Part shown: positions 8,468-11,738 of the stretch, in pieces
Layout: every line of letters begins with the position of its first letter
Position numbering within the stretch: position 1 is the first letter of the stretch
Assembly (NCBI GenBank): GCA_043810635.1
Contig: JBDRNY010000024.1
Span: 1-11,738, forward strand
DNA: 11,738 nucleotides
Direction: 5' to 3'
Source: Candidatus Micrarchaeota archaeon
GTDB taxonomy: Archaea > Micrarchaeota > Micrarchaeia > Anstonellales > Anstonellaceae
Translations under genes and position numbers: made by a program
Notes under the pieces: generated by a model
Told to the model about the DNA's origin: nothing
Database searches by the model: none
What the model saw: only the letters and a program-made list of their open reading frames with translations

Positions 8468-10348
8468 GTGGCTAGCACAAAGGTTTTATCGCCCTCCCGC
8501 AGACAAATAAAAAAGGCAGACCTGTCTACATCTGATTTTTATGAAATAGTGAAAAACAAGGACAAAATATATACTGTTGATGAGCAAAAAGAGGCGGCAA
8601 AATCCCTTATATCAAATATGAACTTGCTTTTGCGCTATAATGACCCAAAATATGTTGTTCAAATTAAGAAAAATGCAAACATAATAGGGAATTTTTTAAA
8701 AGAGCTTTCCCCTTCTGACCCTGACTGGCTTGAATTAAGAAATGCGCAAATCGCACTGCTTTCAGGAAAACAAACCACTGAATTTGGAACAAAGGAAATA
8801 TCTTTAGGAACAAAAAGAAGGGAATTTTTGGCATCTGCCACCCCAACATTGCCCGCATCCAGCTTTTCTGCCCAGGATTTTAATATAGATCCAAATAAAA
8901 GACAGGAGGAACCAGAATTATTTCAGTCATTTTCCTTAATAAAAAAAACAGTGCAAATACCAAGAAACCTTTTGAGTATGGAAAGATTCAGAAGCCTTGA
9001 CTTTTCTGCCCCTTTTTTCGGGCTTTCAAACGACGCTGTCAACCTTTTTGACAGGACTGACATGGAGCTTGAAAATGCAGATATGTCTGACCCGTTTATT
9101 GCTCTTCTTGCCCAGAGGGGCTATTATGATACTCAGGATGGCGGGGAAAAACATAAAATATCTGAAGCAGTGCGCCAAGAGCTTTTGAAAGATTATTCAA
9201 AATTAAAATCTCTTTTTAATAAATATTCTGGATTTAAAAATGTCGGCGGGCTTGACAAGAACTATTATACTGACAAGGAATTAATGGAGATTTGCAATAA
9301 AATACTAAAATATGCGTGCCCAGATGCTTTTTCAGATAGAGAAAGAGCGTTTTTGCGCCAGGGTAAAATACTTGAATGGTTCCAAGAATTTGGAAATGTT
9401 AAAGGCTCTGCAGCAAGCCAGCTTTCCACCTATTTTTTTGATGTGGCAGAAGCAGAAATGGAAATAAAAAGAGATTATACTGTATTCAGAGCTTCTATTG
9501 CTTTGTTTGGCGGGAGATATAATGTAAATGTTCAGGATGCACTAAACAGTGACAAGCTGCTATGGTATGTAAATTTAATTCCCGAAGTAAGAAAAAGCGA
9601 GGTTTACAAACATTATGTACAAACTAATGAACTGGGGAAACCGACAATAAGCTGGCCTGAATCTAAATCAAATTATTATGTTAATCTAACGCTTGCGCCC
9701 GGAATATTTGTGGCAGATACTGCTTGGGTTGAAGGATATATTAAAACTTGTATCGGAAGCCCAGATTTTTCTTTTTTTAATGCTGGCGGACTTTCCGTAA
9801 GAAGCCGCTCTTTGCTTGGAGATGCGCCAAATCCTCTTCAACTAGGAAAAGATTGGAGTGCGGAAGGGGAGATAGGTGCAGAATTCTTGTCAGAGCATTC
9901 CCCTTCCTGGATGATGGGTTTTGATATAACCTCCCCCCCTGTTATTGCTGATGCACTTTTGTTTCAGCTGGGTGCAACATACCGATACCAAGGAGAGCAT
10001 TTTCCTATGGCAAGATTTGTAATAGCGCCCATACCTAAGATAGATGAAGCAACAGGCAAGCCAAAAGGGCTCGGAGGCTATCTTTCAGCATCTTATGGTC
10101 CTGAAGGGTCAGATTGGGGCATTGAAAAAGGAAGGCTTGATGCTCAATTAGGGCTTAATTATACTTTTGAAAATGAGATGAAGGTAAGCCTTGATTGGAG
10201 GATTATAAGGAATTTATTCAACTACCCCGCATCAGAAACACATATTGTGCCATCTAAAGACTACATTCCCCAAGTGTCATTTCAAGCCCCGGCAGAGCCG
10301 CTTTTTGAAGCATTGGATAAGGCAGGAAAAAAATATGGAATTTGGTAG
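8468..10348 (+). CDS. Hypothetical protein (~626 aa): helical N-terminal region plus C-terminal putative beta-barrel
   Basis: The ORF track starts at TTG 8456; GTG 8468 is preferred because GGTGGA (8458-8463) lies 4 nt upstream. Ends TAG 10346-10348. Strand-like segments WSAEGEIGAEF, LFQLGATYRYQG, LGGYLSASYG and LDAQLGLNYTFENEMKVSLDWR. No signal peptide. Confidence 0.88.
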   Translation: MASTKVLSPSRRQIKKADLSTSDFYEIVKNKDKIYTVDEQKEAAKSLISNMNLLLRYNDPKYVVQIKKNANIIGNFLKELSPSDPDWLELRNAQIALLSGKQTTEFGTKEISLGTKRREFLASATPTLPASSFSAQDFNIDPNKRQEEPELFQSFSLIKKTVQIPRNLLSMERFRSLDFSAPFFGLSNDAVNLFDRTDMELENADMSDPFIALLAQRGYYDTQDGGEKHKISEAVRQELLKDYSKLKSLFNKYSGFKNVGGLDKNYYTDKELMEICNKILKYACPDAFSDRERAFLRQGKILEWFQEFGNVKGSAASQLSTYFFDVAEAEMEIKRDYTVFRASIALFGGRYNVNVQDALNSDKLLWYVNLIPEVRKSEVYKHYVQTNELGKPTISWPESKSNYYVNLTLAPGIFVADTAWVEGYIKTCIGSPDFSFFNAGGLSVRSRSLLGDAPNPLQLGKDWSAEGEIGAEFLSEHSPSWMMGFDITSPPVIADALLFQLGATYRYQGEHFPMARFVIAPIPKIDEATGKPKGLGGYLSASYGPEGSDWGIEKGRLDAQLGLNYTFENEMKVSLDWRIIRNLFNYPASETHIVPSKDYIPQVSFQAPAEPLFEALDKAGKKYGIW

Positions 10349-10353
10349 ATTTT

Positions 10354-11738
10354 ATGAAATTTTTGAAAAAAGCGTTTGTTATGGTTTTATGCCTCTTTTT
10401 CCTTAGTCCTGTTTTTTTTGCATCCCAAACTTATATTGCAAACTCTGGCTTTGAAATGTATCATCGCTCCCGCTCTTTTAGCACAGATGCTGTTTATTCT
10501 CTTAAAATGACCCTTTCTTCCAATCCAAATAATCCGAAAATATTTATTCCGCGCACTGTTGACCGCTCAGACCTCCCGAATATAATCTACATGTGCCCCG
10601 GCAGTTTGAATTTTGAAACAGACTCAGAAACAGTATGGTTTGATTCTTATTTTGATGCAACCTCATCTTATCCCCAGCCAAATGAAAGACCAGACAAAAT
10701 TTGTCTTGCCTACCCCAACCCTTGCGGAAATATTGATTGTTGCGAAGAAACTGAATGGCCCTGGGATACTGAATCCACTTTAAATCCAATACAATGGAAT
10801 ACAAATGATGATTTGATTGACAGAATCCGCTCAGATTCCAGCCGTGCAGCAGAAAGAGACACTGACACCTATGAGTGGGGCATAATATATACTGCAGGCC
10901 AGAATGTAAATGTTGACTATTACCCATTTTCAAACCTAGATTTGTTTTATCCAAACCAGCAGGCAGAAGGCGGGCTTGTATGCAAAGGATATGAAGAATT
11001 AAATATTAACAACAATCCAGTTACCCGCTCTGACGGAGATCTTTCTCCTTCTGCTTTACAGGGCTACCCTTTGCGTGAGCATTCTTGGAATTTGCCTAGC
11101 TTTGCTAACACTGGTTCAGATAATATTGTTTTAGGGCCAATAACTTACACTGGCACAATCTATACCCTTGAAGGAAAAATTCAGAGGCCTGAAAGATGTG
11201 TCGGCATTATCCATTCTCTTCCAGATTGGAATGATGCATATGACAGAAAATTCTATTACAGCCAGGGGGAGTATGGGTATGCAACATTAAACGAACCAGA
11301 TTTCCGCGTATATGCAGTGGATCCAGATTCTTGCGAAGTTAAGGCAAATGCATATGCCCCGGCAACATTAAGGGGTTCAGCTCTTACTCCAGGTGCAAAA
11401 ACAATTGTAAAAGTTTCAATTACAAATCCGTATGAATTGTTTGATTTGAGGGTTACTGATGTCAGGATGACTGTTCCAACAACAACTAATTGGCAGGCAA
11501 ACCCCGCCCCCGAGCTTCCTGAAAATTATTTCTATGATTCCCCATATTATGAAGAAATATATTCCGGTGAAACTGAAGAAGTATTGGTTGAATTAATTGC
11601 CCCCACCCCGCCTGAAGATATTGATGAATTATGCTTTGAATTAACAATAGAGTCTGCAGTTGAATTTTGCGACGGTGAAATATGCTCCAGCGAATTAGAA
11701 TTATGCCTTATAGTTGACCCAAAATTTTATTGTGAAAT
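10354..11738 (+). CDS. Secreted/surface protein, 3'-truncated (>461 aa): Sec-type signal peptide, acidic, Cys-rich, with a CARDB/NEW3-like Ig-fold domain
   Basis: Manually translated: ATG 10354, 5 nt after the ORF4 stop, with no stop codon to the window end. Begins MKFLKKAFVMVLCLFFLSPVFFA|SQTY (basic n-region, hydrophobic h-region). 14 Cys in total. Segment LTPGAKTIVKVSITNPY..LRVTDVRMTVPTTTNWQA..IYSGETEEVLVELIAP matches the typical Ig-like beta-sandwich pattern. Confidence 0.9.
   Translation, partial: MKFLKKAFVMVLCLFFLSPVFFASQTYIANSGFEMYHRSRSFSTDAVYSLKMTLSSNPNNPKIFIPRTVDRSDLPNIIYMCPGSLNFETDSETVWFDSYFDATSSYPQPNERPDKICLAYPNPCGNIDCCEETEWPWDTESTLNPIQWNTNDDLIDRIRSDSSRAAERDTDTYEWGIIYTAGQNVNVDYYPFSNLDLFYPNQQAEGGLVCKGYEELNINNNPVTRSDGDLSPSALQGYPLREHSWNLPSFANTGSDNIVLGPITYTGTIYTLEGKIQRPERCVGIIHSLPDWNDAYDRKFYYSQGEYGYATLNEPDFRVYAVDPDSCEVKANAYAPATLRGSALTPGAKTIVKVSITNPYELFDLRVTDVRMTVPTTTNWQANPAPELPENYFYDSPYYEEIYSGETEEVLVELIAPTPPEDIDELCFELTIESAVEFCDGEICSSELELCLIVDPKFYCE

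Noticed and set aside
8468..10348. Calling ORF4 a TonB-dependent receptor
   Set aside because: Only one local segment resembles it; there are too few strands for a 22-stranded barrel, and no signal peptide or recognisable plug domain.
10412..10419. T8 run as a terminator or slippage site
   Set aside because: Explained by Val-Phe-Phe codons in the ORF5 signal peptide; A/T runs are common in this window.
775..10954. The many 60-136 aa ORFs on the minus strand or in alternate plus frames
   Set aside because: All overlap long, well-punctuated + strand genes and read like shadow translations; 10544..10954(-) lies antisense to ORF5.
1..11738. CRISPR array, tRNA/rRNA, transposase, integrase, reverse transcriptase or phage structural genes
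   Set aside because: No repeat-spacer pattern, almost no non-coding space and no diagnostic motifs recognised. A viral or other extrachromosomal origin cannot be excluded without searches.

Overview
AT-rich window, almost fully coding on the + strand, with five large co-oriented ORFs I cannot assign to a known gene: ORF1 26..2482 (818 aa), ORF2 2492..6484 (1330 aa), ORF3 6477..8402 (641 aa), ORF4 ~8468..10348 (~626 aa) and ORF5 10354..>11738 (>461 aa, runs off the window and is missing from the supplied ORF track). ORF1-3 are tightly coupled, a 53-65 nt spacer with an oligo-T tract and a TTTAAA box follows, and ORF4-5 are coupled. GGTGA/GGTGG ribosome-binding sites, a TATA-like box and an oligo-T terminator suggest an archaeal host; a DPANN/Micrarchaeota-like lineage is my impression only. 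The most interesting signals, all read by eye and unverified: (i) ORF1 and ORF4 end in amphipathic beta-strand arrays resembling outer-membrane-type beta-barrels, lack signal peptides and share a short motif; (ii) ORF2 has Cys and His motifs spaced like a transglutaminase/papain-like core and ends in five exact-period Tyr hexapeptides; (iii) ORF3 looks like a HEAT-like solenoid; (iv) ORF5 is a secreted, acidic, Cys-rich protein with an Ig-like domain. Together these may form an undescribed envelope or host-interaction locus. No RNA genes, CRISPR arrays or mobile elements were seen.
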